The notes beneath the pieces are model-generated. The model searched no databases. It was not told the DNA's origin and worked only from the letters and a program-made list of their open reading frames with translations. Positions 42,789-56,492 of a stretch of DNA of 64,000 nucleotides are shown piece by piece (the first letter of the stretch is position 1; each line of letters starts with the position of its first letter). Source of the DNA: Oikopleura dioica (Eukaryota > Animalia > Chordata); NCBI GenBank assembly GCA_907165135.1, contig OU015567.1:6820001-6884000 (forward strand). The letters run 5' to 3'. A program made the position numbers and the translations under genes.

Positions 42789-45700
42789 CTATGCTACTTG
42801 TTGGTAGTAGATCGGCGGGATTGAGCTGGGGACGCTCATGACGGGTGGCTGGAGGGTGGCTTGCTGGGGGACGACGGATTGGACGGAATCGTCCATGCTG
42901 GAATTGGTCGTGTCCACCGAGGTGTCCATTGGAGGGCTCATGTCCTGAAGAAAGATGGTCAGAGAAGAGGCTTCGATATGTTATCCACCGAATGAGTATT
43001 ATTATTAAAATTATATAATTAAAAATAGCTAATTTAAGAAAGAAATACTTGTTGGTTTTATTATTTCATGAAATTTTGACACGAAAAAAAAAGTTCGAAA
43101 AAGCAACTTTTTAATCAACTGGGATAGCCAAAAAGCTGCCAAGAGAGAGAGAGCAAAGCAGTTGGTTTTGGTTTCCGTCTTGTTAACAAGCACAAGAATG
43201 GAACACCGGATAGTCGCAGCTTTGTCCCTTTGAAGCGGCAAGCGCATTCAATCGCGCAATGAGAAGGGCCAAGTTTCAACGATTCTGGCGTCGTTGATGA
43301 AAAATAGGACCCCTGCTAAGCTCGACCTTGGACATGAGGGAAAGGTTTGAAAAGATGCATCTGTCTTGAAAAAAGAAGCCGCAAACTCTTGAAACGGCCA
43401 TTCGGCGCATTCGTTGCGTAATGTGATCCAAATGACTGACTTGAGTGATTTGGAGTCAAGGTGTTGGCTTTTGGTAGCTGCTTTCGAAAGTGTGGCCCCG
43501 CGCCGTCCTCGAATCCGACTTGGGTTTAGCTCGATATTCAGTTTCAAAAGCGTTTCGGCGAATCAAAGACACCCGCAGCAAACCTGCTCGATCTCAGTTC
43601 TTGTTCTGCCAGTATAGGATAAATCATGGCCTAGCGAAAAAATTGGTCTTACCGCCAATAATAAACACCCATTTGGAAGAAAGTTTGGTTGATTGAATTG
43701 AGGATTTACCCAAATTTGGATTCGTTGTATCAGTTAGAGGGTAGGCAATTCACTCTTTGCCGAAAGAAGCTCGGAGTGGTGGTGCACTATTCTCATCCTT
43801 TACGGACGAGCCTAGAAGGTTTTTAAGGCCTTTTAGACAAGTTGGACTCCTTTCCCTCCAGAAAATAATGCACAAGACTAGACATAGGGCCCTTTTATGG
43901 TGTTTGGCTCAAAGCAGCTTTTGGCGGTGGAGCTTGGTGCAATTCATAAAAATTAAAAATATATTTTATGTGATAATAGAAAAACATCTGGATGAGGTGT
44001 TATTTTGAAAATAATACTGCCACTTTTCTACTTCTATGATCTTTTATAGCAAATAATGACAATTATATAATCACTCTGCTACTTTGAGAGAGCCTTAGTT
44101 TTAAAAGGAGCAAGTGCGAGTCCGGGGCAGTTTTTGCTCAACGGAATTTATTTCTAAGGTATTCGGCCAATAATTTCATGAGCATCTGACAGATGTCCGT
44201 ACAAGTATTCTAGTAATGCAACAGCAATAATTACATTTTTTCTCGGCATTCATGAAAGTGGACTCACCATGGGTTGGTAGGGGTTGTGCATCGCGTAGCC
44301 CATCGGGTAACCCTAAACACGGCCGTTTAAATGAAGCATATTTCGATGCTCTCAATTTCTAAAGCAGCTACTCCTTTGACACTTGAATTTTGAAAAATGT
44401 GATATCAAAGCTTTTATTAGAGCTAAATTGTAGAATGCATGAATATCCAAGTGCGGGCTGAGTGGCTGCACTTGTGTTTTAAAATTCTCCAGCTTCTTGA
44501 AATTACATTTTCCTGCAAAAGAATGAAGCAGCCTGCGTTTCTCGAATACGATTATAGAGATTATATTTATGGAAAGACAGTGAGGAATGATTGTAAATGC
44601 GATGCTAAATGAAACATGATCTTGACTCGTTTTGCTTGGGAAATTATTCGAGTGGAGGACTCTCGCCCAAGTGGACTCTCGCCCAAGTGGACTCCCGCCC
44701 AAAAGGACTCTCGCCCAACTTGGGCGGGAGTCCATCTTAGGCGAGAGTCCATGTGGTAATTTTCAACCATGAGAAACAGAAAGTTGGGCGAGAGTCCATC
44801 TTGGGCGAGAGTCCTCCACTCCAATTGTTAATGACTATTCAATGGCAAAAGAAAGCAATGAGCTGTATGTAATAAATATGCAATGTACTTTATATAAATT
44901 AAAGTTAGGGTTAGGGGCACTGGGCAAAATGACAGAACAACCTTACCCGATGGTAACCCTAAGTAACCCTAGACTAGACCCCGGGATCTTAGGACCTAAG
45001 GGGCGAAGCCCAGTGGTAAGGGCAATTAGATTTGATAATTTTGGCTGAAAAGAGGTGCAGTAGGACTGACCTTCTCTTTCAACCTAGTCGAGGATTAGCA
45101 CTTTTTTGAGGGTTCCAGTTTCGGTTTGTCCAGCAAGATAAGCGAAAGCATAAATTCTTTGATGTGAGAAAATATTGCGCTTCGCTAATAAAACTGGAAC
45201 TCTTAAAAAGTGCTAATCCTCGACTAGGTTGAAAGAGAAGGTCAGTCCCACTGCACCACTTTTCATCCGAAATTATCAAATCTAATTGCCGCTTACCACG
45301 GGGCTTCGCCCCTTAGGTCCTAAGATGCCAAGGTCTAGTCTACGGTTACTTAGGGTTACCTTCAGTTAGTAATTGACAGTTACCCTAACTAACCCTAGCC
45401 TATCCCCCTCGGGTAAGGTTGTTCTGTCATTTTGCCCAGTGCCCCCTAACCCTAACTTTAATTTATATAAAGTACATTGCATATTTATTACACACCGCTC
45501 ATTGCTTTCTTTTGTCATTGAATAGTCATTAACAATTGGAGTGGAGGACTCTCGCCCAAATGGACTCTCGCCCAAGATGGACTCTCGCCCAACTTTCTGT
45601 TTCTCATTGTTGAAAATTTCCACATGGACTCTGCCCAAAGGACTCTCGCCCAACTTGGGCGGGAGTCCATCTTGGGCGGGAGTCCACTTGGGCGAGAGTC

Positions 45701-48432
45701 CACTTGGGCGAGAGTCCTCCACTCAAATTATTCGATCTGGACTTGAGCTTGCTGGAATTGGTGCTGTTGATGGTGGGGCATTGGAATGTTCTCGCCCGGG
45801 GCAAGTACAGCGTCGCCCATGGGGTTCGGAAGGTGCTGATAGGCTGAAAAAGCGTGCTGGTCAGCGTGAGGGTGTGGGTGAAATCCAGCTTCGGCTGCTC
45901 CAGCGTCGAGAATTGGCGAGTATGAGGGATGCTGCTGAATAGGTAAGAAATGCGACTTGACCAAGGAAATCAAGGAGAAAAAAAAAACTGAAACGGCACG
46001 GAAACTTTTGGCAAAAAAAAGAGTAACTGAGTAAATGGAGGAATCGAGCCAGCTGCGCAATACAATAATGCTAATAAAGGACATGCACCTGCTGCATAAA
46101 AGTTACTGCTAGAAGTAGCTGGAAACAAGGTTTACCTGGGGGAGAACGTCGCCGGGGACTGGGAGTTGGAACTAAATAAGTTTGATTAATACAGTGGTTT
46201 AAAATTTTATTCAACGAATATTATATAAAATATTCTTCAATAAAAAATGTCTCGATACTTACAGGGGCGGGGAAGGCATTGTGCGGGTACTGGTAGGGGC
46301 CCACTGGCATGTTGAGGTAAGGAGCATGCATGGGCATGCCAGCCGGAAGGGCGAAACCGGGGAGGAAATGTTCCATCGCCATTGGCATCTGAAAAATCGC
46401 GTTAAATTTGAAATTTAAATAAACTCGAATTTTACATTTGAATAATTATGTAAAATTTCAAAGGTCAAAAAATGTTACCTCGTCGCGGCGGAAAGTGGTT
46501 GTGATGTTCAACTGGTGGTTCTTCTTTTTCTTCTGGCCGCCGTCAGCGAACTTGACGAGGAGTGGCTTCTGAAAAAACAGGTGATGAAAAAATTGAGCGC
46601 CAATTCTAGCGCCAGCAAATCTCAAATTATTACGTCGCGCTCGCTCTAATCGCATCGCTCTAATGATAATTTGCCTGCTCGTCGCTTGAAAATAACTTAC
46701 CCCCGACGGCTTGGTTGGATTCTTTGGGTCGGTGAGCGGGTGCCCGTTGAATTTGCCGATGACTTTTTCGCACTGAAAGTTTGTTAAAAAAATCCCCAGC
46801 GGGTTACGAGCGACTAACCTGTTCTTTGCCGTGCATGCGGGCGAAGCCGACGCCCTTAGAGCGGCCTTCAGTTGATCCTGGCGAGCCCTAAAGAAAACGG
46901 TAAGACTTGTCCTCCTCTTCAATCGTATCCGCTTGCGAAGTTCGCGATATTTACGAGAAAAGTACAATTGTCAAAGGTGAACTTTTGTGGCTTCTCCACT
47001 GCGCGCAGTGGAAATTTACATGTGGATAGGTTAATCTCGATTCAGTGTAGACCAAAATGTCGCGAAGGCAAAGGAAATCAAGTGTGCGGGAAGGAGATCA
47101 GCCTTCGCCTTCATCCCTTTATCGCCATTTTGGAACGCGAAATTAAGGAGGGCGCATGGACGATATCGTAATTATTGACGCCCTTCCAGAGTTCGACTCG
47201 ATTCTACTTTCAGTTTGAAAAAAGTTTACACTCGGGAGAAAACCTAGAACGGAATGATACGGTGTCCCGTTTGCGGATTTTACCGCTTATGAGCGTAATC
47301 CGCCGCAGTCTCTGGTGACCCCGACTCCTGTGACATCCGAGTAGCGATTATACTTGAAAAGGGTTTTTCTAACTTCGCTAAGTTGGTCACTTTCAATTTC
47401 AAATTTCGTCGAAACAAAAACAGTTGCTGTCTGATTTACAATTCAAAAAATATGCTACCACCAAAATATGCGAACACGTGAGAACTAGGGCTTATGGTTA
47501 ATTCTAGCGCCGCGCGCGAAATAACAATAAAACACAATTTTTTAAATATTTAAGAAAAAATACAATGTTTGAAAATTTTCAAATTTTGAATTTCGGGGAA
47601 TTTTAAATTGACTTACAGGGTGGCGGAGGATTCGAGTGGAGATGACTTCGCCATAAGGTTCGAGCATGTCGCGAAGGGATTTGTCGGAGATCCACTCTGG
47701 CAAGTTTGAGAAGTAGATATTTGTCGGATCTTCTTCTTGTTTCTAGAGGAAATTTTAAAATCTCATCCGAGGCATTTTTGCCGATCGGCTTTTTTAAGGT
47801 TTTTGATTGGGCACGCGACTATTTGAAGCCTTCTGATTGGGCGGGCGCCCTTTTAAACCATTCTGATTGGGCGTTTGCTTATTTTATGCGTTTTGATTGG
47901 GCGCGCGCCCCTATAAAACCTTCTGATTGGCTCGTGCCTATTTGAAGCATTTTAATTGGGCGCGCGCCTCTTTTAAGACTTTTGATAGGTCGATCGTAAA
48001 ATTGCTTACCTTGGCAAACTGAATCTGTATACCATCTTCTGCCAAGGTTTCTTTAGCGACGCGTGCATTTTCTGGGTCTTCGAAGTCAACGAAGCCGTAT
48101 CCTTTGCACTTGCCGTTTTCGTTGTCGACTATTGCCTTCGTGGAAACGATTTTGCCGAAGCGCTCGCACATCGTGTGGAGATCCTCGTCCTTTGTCTAAA
48201 ATCTCTATTTTAGGAGCTGGAAGAGAATCGCCGTTTTACAACGAGGGGTCAGCTTAATCCGCCTCAGTCCTACGGAGCGCGCGGTTAACCCCCCTCGCCG
48301 TGACGGAATGTTTATCGTTAGTTTTGCACGTTCTAGCGCGACTCACCTCAGCGCTGAGACCTCGGATGTACAAGTTTGTTTCTGAGAGCTTTTCTTGCTG
48401 CCCATGGACGTCGTGTGTGGGCGAGGCGTTTC
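42789..48432 (-). CDS. RBMS: RBMS/alan shepard-family RNA-binding protein (two RRMs); core and 3' exons
   Basis: [22 protein letters not shown]…[47 protein letters not shown] and [13 protein letters not shown] match the RBMS1-3/Shep pattern. Pro/His/Gln-rich exons follow, with a putative last exon 42944-42789 (DMSPPMD…YYQQVA*). Confidence 0.88.
44650..45724. mobile_element. 1075-bp composite foldback element with a 9-bp TSD (Mutator/Foldback-like)
   Basis: ~470-520 bp inverted arms around a ~70-bp spacer, terminal gagtggaggactctcgcccaa, and direct repeat aaattattc at 44641-49 and 45725-33. Confidence 0.9.
47801..47990. repeat. 30-bp minisatellite of CCAAT-box units in an RBMS intron
   Basis: ttYtgattggg(c)gcgc… recurs at 47801, 47831, 47861, 47891, 47921 and ~47950, with a degenerate copy at ~47980. 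Confidence 0.8.
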
Positions 48433-48487
48433 CTACAACAGCGAGTTAAATTCAACAGTCGAAATCCAAGTTCCATGTCCTTTTGGG

Positions 48488-48704
48488 CTGGACTCGGCAG
48501 ACTGAGTCAGGGTTTTAAAGAGCTTAAATGAAAAGCCGCGTAGTGGCTATTTTAAAAACAAAGCCGCAGTTAAAATTATACATTGAGATCCGAACTTTAG
48601 CAAAGCCGCTTCGCGGCTTCGTCTTTAAAAAGCCGCTACGCGGCTTTTCATTTTTAGCTCTTTCAAACCCGACTCAGGTTTTCTACATAGGTTACCGAGC
48701 TCAG
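48488..48704. mobile_element. MITE family A copy
   Basis: ctggactcggca…ctgagtcagg…hairpins…ccgactcagg…ccgagctcag. Confidence 0.8.
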
Positions 48705-49031
48705 GAACAAAGATTTTTAGGAAATTCACACCCGATTGAACCATTCTTTTTCAATTGAATGAAATTACGAATTTCCGCTGAGCAACGTTTCGCTACAATA
48801 GCGATTAAATTATCTGAGCCAACACTTAATTTGCAGCCGTGGCGAAGAAAAATGAATACGCTCCCTACTGCGCTCAAGTACCCCTTGTTCAAAGAAACGC
48901 ACTGCTTTCTATTAGGCCGGCTGCAAATAAGACGAAGCTTGTATTTCCATTGTCTTTTTTGTACTTTCCAATACTAAGTGAGAGGGGGACTCTTTCGAGG
49001 AGGCTTTTGGAACATTCGAGAAATCGAAAAA

Positions 49032-49203
49032 GGCCTGAATGAGGTTTGAACTTTGAAGAGCTAAATGAAAAGCCGCAAGGCGGCTTTTAAAAGCGAAGCC
49101 GCAAAGCGGCTTCGGAACAATATAATTTCAATCTATCTTTAAATATTGGCGGCTTCGTTAAAAAGCCGCTACGCGGCTTTTTATTTTAGTTCTTCGGAAC
49201 CTG
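49032..49203. mobile_element. MITE family A, degenerate core
   Basis: aaatgaaaagccgcaaggcggctttt…aaagccgctacgcggcttttt; termini eroded. Confidence 0.7.
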
Positions 49204-50905
49204 GTCTTTTTAATGAACATTATTTCACTAGCTAGAACTGAGAGGTACACCAGGCATACGCGAGCGTGGCACTTGAGACATGCGAGCTCGTGAATGTCTG
49301 ATGGCATCCCCACTGCAATAACTGCCAAGTACTACTCTAGCTGGTTCTTTTCAACTTTCGCCACTCCTCCTCTTCACTTTTTGAAAAGGAGACACTTGGA
49401 ATTTTTAGCGCCGCGCTAAAAGAAGAACTGAATTTAGCGGATGCCAAAATCACTTCTTCTTTGCTGCTTCTTTTGAATATTGAATATTTAGAGGCCCCCT
49501 CTTTTAAAAAGTTAAAAACTGGGCGAAAGAAGCTGGAGCTCGGCTTTGATCCCTCGTTGTTTGCGAGGCCGGGGATGAAATCTATTTATCCCAAATAAGT
49601 TACGCGCACGCCCGTCTCGGCGCCTTCGCCCTTGAAATTCCCGCACTAGAATCCTTCTCGAGGAAAGGGAGGATAATGAGTAGCAGAAGAGGTTGTACCT
49701 GAGGCGGAGGTTGAAGACATAGGTGAAGGAGCCTGAAAGAAAGAGAATTAATACCTGGAAAGGGAGGGATCCAGTTGCCCTGGGGCGTGGTGACCGGCAC
49801 CCATTGGATGGCCTGGTTGCCACTTTGGGCACATTGAGACATGAGCATAGCGGAGGGAGCAAAGTTAGGAGGAGCAGTGCTGAAACCAGGGTTCGAATGA
49901 TTTGAAAATTAGAGTCTCTAGAGTCTAGAGTTGTTTGGATTTTGGAACCCTGGCTATCGGGGCTAGCATGGGCGGTGGGTTGATAAGCGTGAGCGCTGCC
50001 AATGCTAACTGTAGACACGGATTCTTGAAGCGCATGCCCAGATGGGTAAAACGCCGCGTTCTCGTGAATACTCAGCGCGGAAAATGATTCAAGAGGGTCC
50101 TTTTTCAGAATGACGAAAAATTTATTGATGAAAAAAGTGTGCTTTTACCTTGAAACTTCTCTTTTCTGAAAACTTTCTGTTTGAAATTCGAAAAATTAAT
50201 GTTCAAAATATTCTCTTTTTCTTGATAAAAAAAGTTCAAAAGCGGGAAAATTGAAAAGTGAGCACGGTGCGATTTCCTCTGCGCGATTTCCTTTTGAAAA
50301 TTACAAAAAAATAGTCGTAGACTTTCAAAGTTACGCATTTTCACCCGGTTTTGGAGCCTTTTTTGGCGGCTAAAGGATTTCAAAGTGGTCTAATTTTCGT
50401 CAAACTGGCCTGGGAGTACAAGTCGGCCATGGAGGTTACAGGAGTTGATTATGCAAAAAGATAAAATACGAATATATCCGGTTAAATATCTCTGGTAGTG
50501 TGAAGCTCATCATTCAAAATACCGCGAATCGCAGGGCATTCTAGAGGCGAGCCAAGTTTTTGCCCGGGGCGAGATTTCAAAAACACGGGTTTCGAGGCGC
50601 ATTGTGCGAGAAGGTTGATTTGAGGATGATTTTTGGGACCATTCTGACTATATGTCGTGATTGTCGGGAATGTCGTGAATGTCAACAATGTCAAGAATGT
50701 CGCTAAAGTCGAAAAAATTAAAGTTTTGAAAAATATTGAATTTTTTTATTTTTAGTCTTCAATGATTTCAGTCTTCAAAAGGTACTGTAATCACTTTTCT
50801 ACTGTCTAAAAAGTAATATTCGAGGAGCAATAGTAATATCACTTCTTTCACTTTTGACGTGGATAAATAAATAATCGCCCTTAGAAGCAGCTTAGGCCGA
50901 TATAT

Positions 50906-51575
50906 CTAGGGTCGACGAGCAAAAATCAACCCCTAAAACCCCTTCAGGTAATTGCCCGAAACTTTGGGACTATATGTATTTTGGCCCATCTTAAAAATTT
51001 GTAATTGAAATTTTTTGGTATGATCACGTGATCATGTGATACGGACCCTCGAAAAGCTAGAAAAGCTTGCCAACCTCGATCCCCTAACCGCAGGTGATCA
51101 TAATGTAGCTCACATGAAAGAGCACAAAAGTTCTTCCTATAGAATCCAAAACATTTTTGGTGGCAAGATCACATGACTCGCTAGAGGGAAGTGAAGCGTC
51201 CAAAATGGCCCTTTTTGCAATGTATTTTGGCCTGAGTAACCCGTAAAACCTGGATTTTTACCTCAATTTTAGCGAATTTTGAGTTCTTATATAGCTTCTA
51301 GCGTGTCCCGTAAAGACGGCACCAAGAATTTTTTGATTGAACCACTAGAACAAACCAAGACCTTTCTTTTGGCCTAACGAGAAGATGATGCCATAAGGGG
51401 ATCAAGCTCGGCAAGCTTTTCTAGCTTTTCGAGGGTCTGTAACCCGTGATCACGTGGTCAGACCAAAAGTTTTCAATAACAATTTTTTAGTTAGGCCCAA
51501 ATACATATTGTCCCAAAGTTTCAAGGCTTTACCACAAAGGGTTCTTGGGGTTGAATTTTTGCTCGTCGGCCCTAG
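50906..51575. mobile_element. 670-bp non-autonomous TIR element with ~200-bp arms
   Basis: ctagggtcgacgagcaaaaat… / …atttttgctcgtcggccctag, flanked on both sides by atatat (consistent with a TA-type or 6-bp TSD). Confidence 0.8.
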
Positions 51576-51880
51576 ATATATCTAGTGAATAATATTGCGA
51601 ATTATATATCCGATACTGTATGTAGTTAACTTGGGAACAAAGTTGTTGAAGAGTGTTAGTAATTGACTCGTAAATAATAAATTGTGGCTGGCAGATGGGG
51701 TCGGGCGATTCAGCAGAGCACTTGCTTCGTTTGCATAAATCATTCTCAAATGCCTGTTTTGCAAAATATTTTTCAAAAATTAAACACTCTCAAGCGCCTT
51801 TTAGCAGGTCCCGCTTAATTGGTACTGTATTTAGTAGCTCACTTAGTTAGGCTTAACAGACGTCTTTTTAGGGGGAAAAG

Positions 51881-52058
51881 GGTGGTTTTTGAGCTGAATT
51901 TCTTAAGGATATACCCTCTGATAAACCTCAAATGCTTTTTTGACGATATTACTGTATTTATTTGAATAATATTCAGTTTCAATACAGTAATATTGTCAAA
52001 TAAAGCACTTGAGTCTTATCGGAGGGTATATCCTTAAGAATTTTAGCTCAATAAACAC
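51881..52058. repeat. ~175-bp foldback palindrome
   Basis: tgagct.aatttcttaaggatataccctc.gataa…aatactgtatt arm and its reverse complement around a ~20-bp loop. Confidence 0.8.
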
Positions 52059-54568
52059 TTTTTTTGTATGATAATAGTTCACGTAAGACTTCGACAATTT
52101 TAGTATTGGACTCGATCTTTACAGCTATTTTTAGCATCTTTGGTTTTGCTATTTTTTGACTTCTTGGCTTGGCTCAATCAATTAACGTGTTAGGCGTGTT
52201 TTGACAAATGAGGAATATTATTTAATTTTGGAAGACAGGTGACCCCCTAAAGGGCGATGTATTAATATAAGATGTCGCCACAGCATTGATTTTTACAAAG
52301 ATTGATGCTGTCAGAAAAGGTTTAGGGCGATAGCCTCAGGGAGCGATTGCCCCTCGCCTCGCTCTTACTGTAGGAATTCAGACATTGGAAAAGGAAAAGG
52401 TCAAAAACAGCTCGATCAAGTACCCAACATCTGGCTTGTTTAGACTGTAATTGTTGGCGCTCTAGTGGGTTAATCCGCACTTTGCCCGGTGAAGTAGCCT
52501 GCTGAGGGGAGAAGTAAGGGTATCCGGGTTGCGCCAAAGTCGAATTCTTACACTACTTGAATCCAAAAAGCAAAAGTCGCTTTCTTGAACTGTCCGTGGT
52601 TCCGCCCGTCTGGCGTGCTCAATCCTGCGATGAAGGGTGAATATCGCCACTCCTCATACACCAAGCTGGCATGTTGACGGCGACCGATATAATGCGATAT
52701 GACAACTATATGCGTCGCCTTCTTATCGGACAAAAGATGGGAGCGTCAAGAAAAAGCAGGGCCCAAGCGGCGCGAAAAATTCCAAATTCCAACAATCGGG
52801 GGTTTTGAATTTTTACTAGAAATAATGTCCAAACAACCGAAAAAGGGACTGTATTCATTCAGGAAGCCATCTCGTCCACCGGTGTCCTGGACAGGTTAAA
52901 GTCAAGTCGAGTTGATTTTTTCCTAATGTTCGCGTTCGAGAGCCCTGCGGCTCGCTCAGCGCGGTTCATAAGCTCCGCTCCTTCTGCTCCTGTCGCTCCA
53001 TAATTATGACCGCGTGTCCGAGTAGGTGTCTAAGGTCCCTAACCCTTTTTTGGCCCGCGTCATTATCATTTGTAACAAAAAAGAGGGACTTTTCTCTTTT
53101 TGAGAGGGATTTCGAATCTTTTGTTAATACGACTCCGTAAATTGTATTACACGAATCGAGCCGTGTTCTATAAACAGCGTGTGATTATAACAATACTTGT
53201 GGTGGTGCCTCTCCCTTTTTCGCTACTGGCGCATTTTGAGAGGCTGGCGCGGCTCCAAAAGAAGTGCCACCAAGTTCAGCCGCGGAAAGGGGATCATCAT
53301 CCTTGCATATTCCATAGCTACAGTTATCAGTAGCTACAGTCATAAGTCGCCTCCCATTATCCTCGATTATTCGACTCCGAGCGGATTTACTCTCAAGAGG
53401 AGGCTTCTTGGACTCTCAAAAAGTGGCCCAAAGTGTTTTTATTTATTGCTAGTTTTTCATTTCTCCACTGTCAATTTCAAATTGTTCGCAAAGCAATAAA
53501 TTCTAGCGCTGGCTTTGATCCAGAAGAAAGGGTACATTCCCGTGGACACTTATTAGTAATTATGGCCGGAAATTTATCGAACATTTGGACAGGGCAAATT
53601 TACAGCGCGTCAAGAGTGTGCCCAGGTGGCAATTCCGTGAATAAAAAAACGCGAAAAACGCGAAATTCCAATTTTTTCAACGATAATAACAAACACCGCG
53701 CTTTTTGATGATGGCGTATTGGGCTAAACATCTGCTTTTTTGATGAACTTAATAGAAGAAATTCCGGCCGCGCGCTAAACAATAAACACCAATTTGTCTT
53801 CTATTTCCGCAACACTCGGACAGCCGTATTTTGGCCGAAAACTTTATAATTATCTTGCAAAACATGAAACGCGATTGTCTTCGTTTGAGAAAAAACACGA
53901 GTAAAATATGCAATTATATGTTATTATTTCTTCTTAATAGCCTCATCTACAACATGAAAGAAAAGAGCACCGAACATCACTTTTACTAAGGGTGTACCCC
54001 CCTTAAATCGATAATATTCCTTTCTTCGCGCTGTGGGGGATACACTTTTATCGGATAAATACGGAAGTCTTTACCGCTTAATCTGGCTTTAAGGTTAGTT
54101 GACCCAGGTACTTTCCCGGATGTATTTTTTTATCATCGGCTACTGCACCTGGCATTGATAACAAAAAGAAAAAACGCCGAAATTTCAAATGATAAAAGGG
54201 CCAAAAAAAAAGGAATTTGACAAAAAAAAAGGTTGTTAAAAAAGGTTATCAGAAAACGAAAAAGGAAAGGAATGAGCTTTATTAAACTCGGCAGGGGCTC
54301 ATTTCATGAGTGATAAGATTCGACATTATCGGGCTCCAAATTGGCCGCTGGAAAATTCGACATGAAATGGTTGCTGATTGTTATGTTATCAAAACGTACT
54401 CTTTGTTAAGCCCGAACGCGCCTTGTAAACTTGTAGCACCAATTAAACTCTAATTTACATCTAAACCCGCAATTAGCCAAAATACGGTAAAACGCTCCCT
54501 AAAAATGCGATCGGAAATCGAATCGATTTTTCCATCGATATTGGGGATCGGGCAGTACCTCCAATAAG

Positions 54569-55319
54569 TAGGCATAACGCACAAAAAATCAACTTTTTCC
54601 CTGTAATAGATACAAGTTTGAAACTTTGGGAGGAACTAAAACACCAAAAATGACTTTTCAAAATTTTTTGGAAAAATTTTTGTTACAGTTTAGTACTTTT
54701 TTCACCCCTTTTCTGACTACTTTTCGAGCAATCAAGCTACGGTATTCTAAGTATGCTCATTCGAAAGAGCGGAAAAAACTGAGTCACAATTATCAATAAA
54801 AAGGGGTTCCTGGTGGGGTTCCCTGGATTCTAGGGATGAAAAACCCCTTAAAATCAGCCAAATTTGGGGTTTCATTCGACTTATCGTGTGATGACGTCAT
54901 TTCCGGTCAAAAAACAACTTTTGAAATTTCTTGCTAAAACAATGGGAATATAGTAAATTAGTACCCCAGAGTTCGAATCTGAAGTCAAAAGTTCATAAAA
55001 GTTCATTTTCGGGGTCAAATCGGGTCATTTTTGAGTGATGACTCATCATTTTTGCGATTTTCAACCCCTAAAATCTGGGGGTTTTGATGTATCTGACTCA
55101 GTTTTGTGTGCTCTTTCGAATGAGCATACTTACAACCCCGTAGCTTGGATGGCACGAAAAATCAATTTTTGACAACTTTGGGGTACTAAAAAGTACTAAA
55201 TTTTAAATTTTTGAAAATTTTTTGTTGAAATGTTGTCAGAGCACAAAAATCTATATGATGGGTGAAAATTAGCTTCCTACGACTTTCCGACAAAAGTCGA
55301 TTTTTGTGCGTTATGCCTA
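54569..55319. mobile_element. 751-bp hAT-type non-autonomous element (family C)
   Basis: TIRs taggcataacgcacaaaaa / tttttgtgcgttatgccta; perfect 8-bp TSD ccaataag (54561-68, 55320-27); internal subterminal inverted repeats. Confidence 0.85.
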
Positions 55320-55604
55320 CCAATAAGCCATATGCAAGCTAAGATAAACTCATCATCCAACACCCCATAAATGCCAAGTATGAGCATATGCGGACCCTAT
55401 TCCCTTTCTTTTGAATTTATAGTCAATTTTGTTGAGCTGATAAATCCTTCAATCACACACGGGGTTCTATAAATCAAACCTTACAAAAACAATCAATGGA
55501 CGAAAAAAACAAATTGAAAGTTCGAAATTAATGAGTTTTGAAAGAAACATAAGCGAGCATCTGGCACACTTACTGTTTTACAAGCAATTTAACAAGATAA
55601 AGTT

Positions 55605-55645
55605 TTGGCTCGGAAACCTGTGTAGAAAACCTGAGTCAGGCCCTG
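55605..55645. mobile_element. Solo left TIR of MITE family A
   Basis: ttggctcggaaacctgtgtagaaaacctgagtcagg. Confidence 0.7.
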
Positions 55646-56174
55646 GAAGAGAAAAGCCAGGGGAGTTGGAACATCTGAGGAGATCTGTCTTACTCGCTCG
55701 GGAGAAAATTTCGGATTCTAGTGCTTCGTGGTAAATTGTTAATTTTGGCGCACGGCGCGATGTTAGTGCACCGCGTTACGTAGAACGCGAAGGGGTGAAA
55801 ATTTGATTTTCAAGTCAATTTCCCAGCGGACGCGAAATTTATCTTTTACTCACTCTTTTTCGTGTTTCGGGCTTTTGACAAGTGATTAGACTGTTTGTTG
55901 GTAGTGAACGTCTAAAGTTTGTTTACAGTGTTCTTGAAGGAAAGAAGGAATTTTGAGTTCTGGAACTTGGAATTTCGCAAGCTAGGCAGAATTCTAGCGC
56001 TCTCTCACTCTTCAAATTCATGTTCACTAACGGCCCGCACGTGTCACCGAAAATTCGCCACAAACCCAGCATTGTATGCATAAGTACTGTAGCCTTGGGC
56101 ACTAATCCAATCTTGCCAAACTTGACGATCCTTTTTATTGAATAATTTTCAACAAAAAATTAAAACACTTCACT

Positions 56175-56417
56175 CTGGCTTCGGCAACCTGAGTAGAAAA
56201 CCTGAGTCAGGGTCCGAAAGATGTTAAATGAAAAGCCGCGTAGCGGCTTTTTAAAACGAAGCCGCTTTGCGGCTTCGCAAAATTAACATTTAGATCACTT
56301 TTTGATTAATGGCGAAGCCGCCTTGCGGCTTCGTTTTTAAAAAGCCGCTAGGCGGCTTTTCATTTGAGATTATTTTGGACCCAGACACAGGTTTTCTACA
56401 CAGGTTGCTGAGCCGAG
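56175..56417. mobile_element. MITE family A, full-length
   Basis: Both TIRs and all four hairpins present; no clear TSD. Confidence 0.85.
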
Positions 56418-56492
56418 CGTTCCACAAACCAAAATCTGGGTGCTTTTTGCAGACAAAAATGAATGGTATGCGACCAGAAGTTTAAATCTTAA

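Noticed and set aside
44905-45457. TTAGGG repeats as a telomere or telomere-fusion relic
   Set aside because: Only two units per arm, embedded in a mobile element.
44352-45942. ORFs such as [10 protein letters not shown]… and MEDSRPSG…
   Set aside because: They are translations of the ggactctcgcccaa repeats of the foldback element, with no transposase motifs.
49735-49756. 22-nt GT-AG intron in an RBMS 5' exon
   Set aside because: Shorter than other introns here and gives an incompatible phase; more likely a separate donor and acceptor used by alternative exons.
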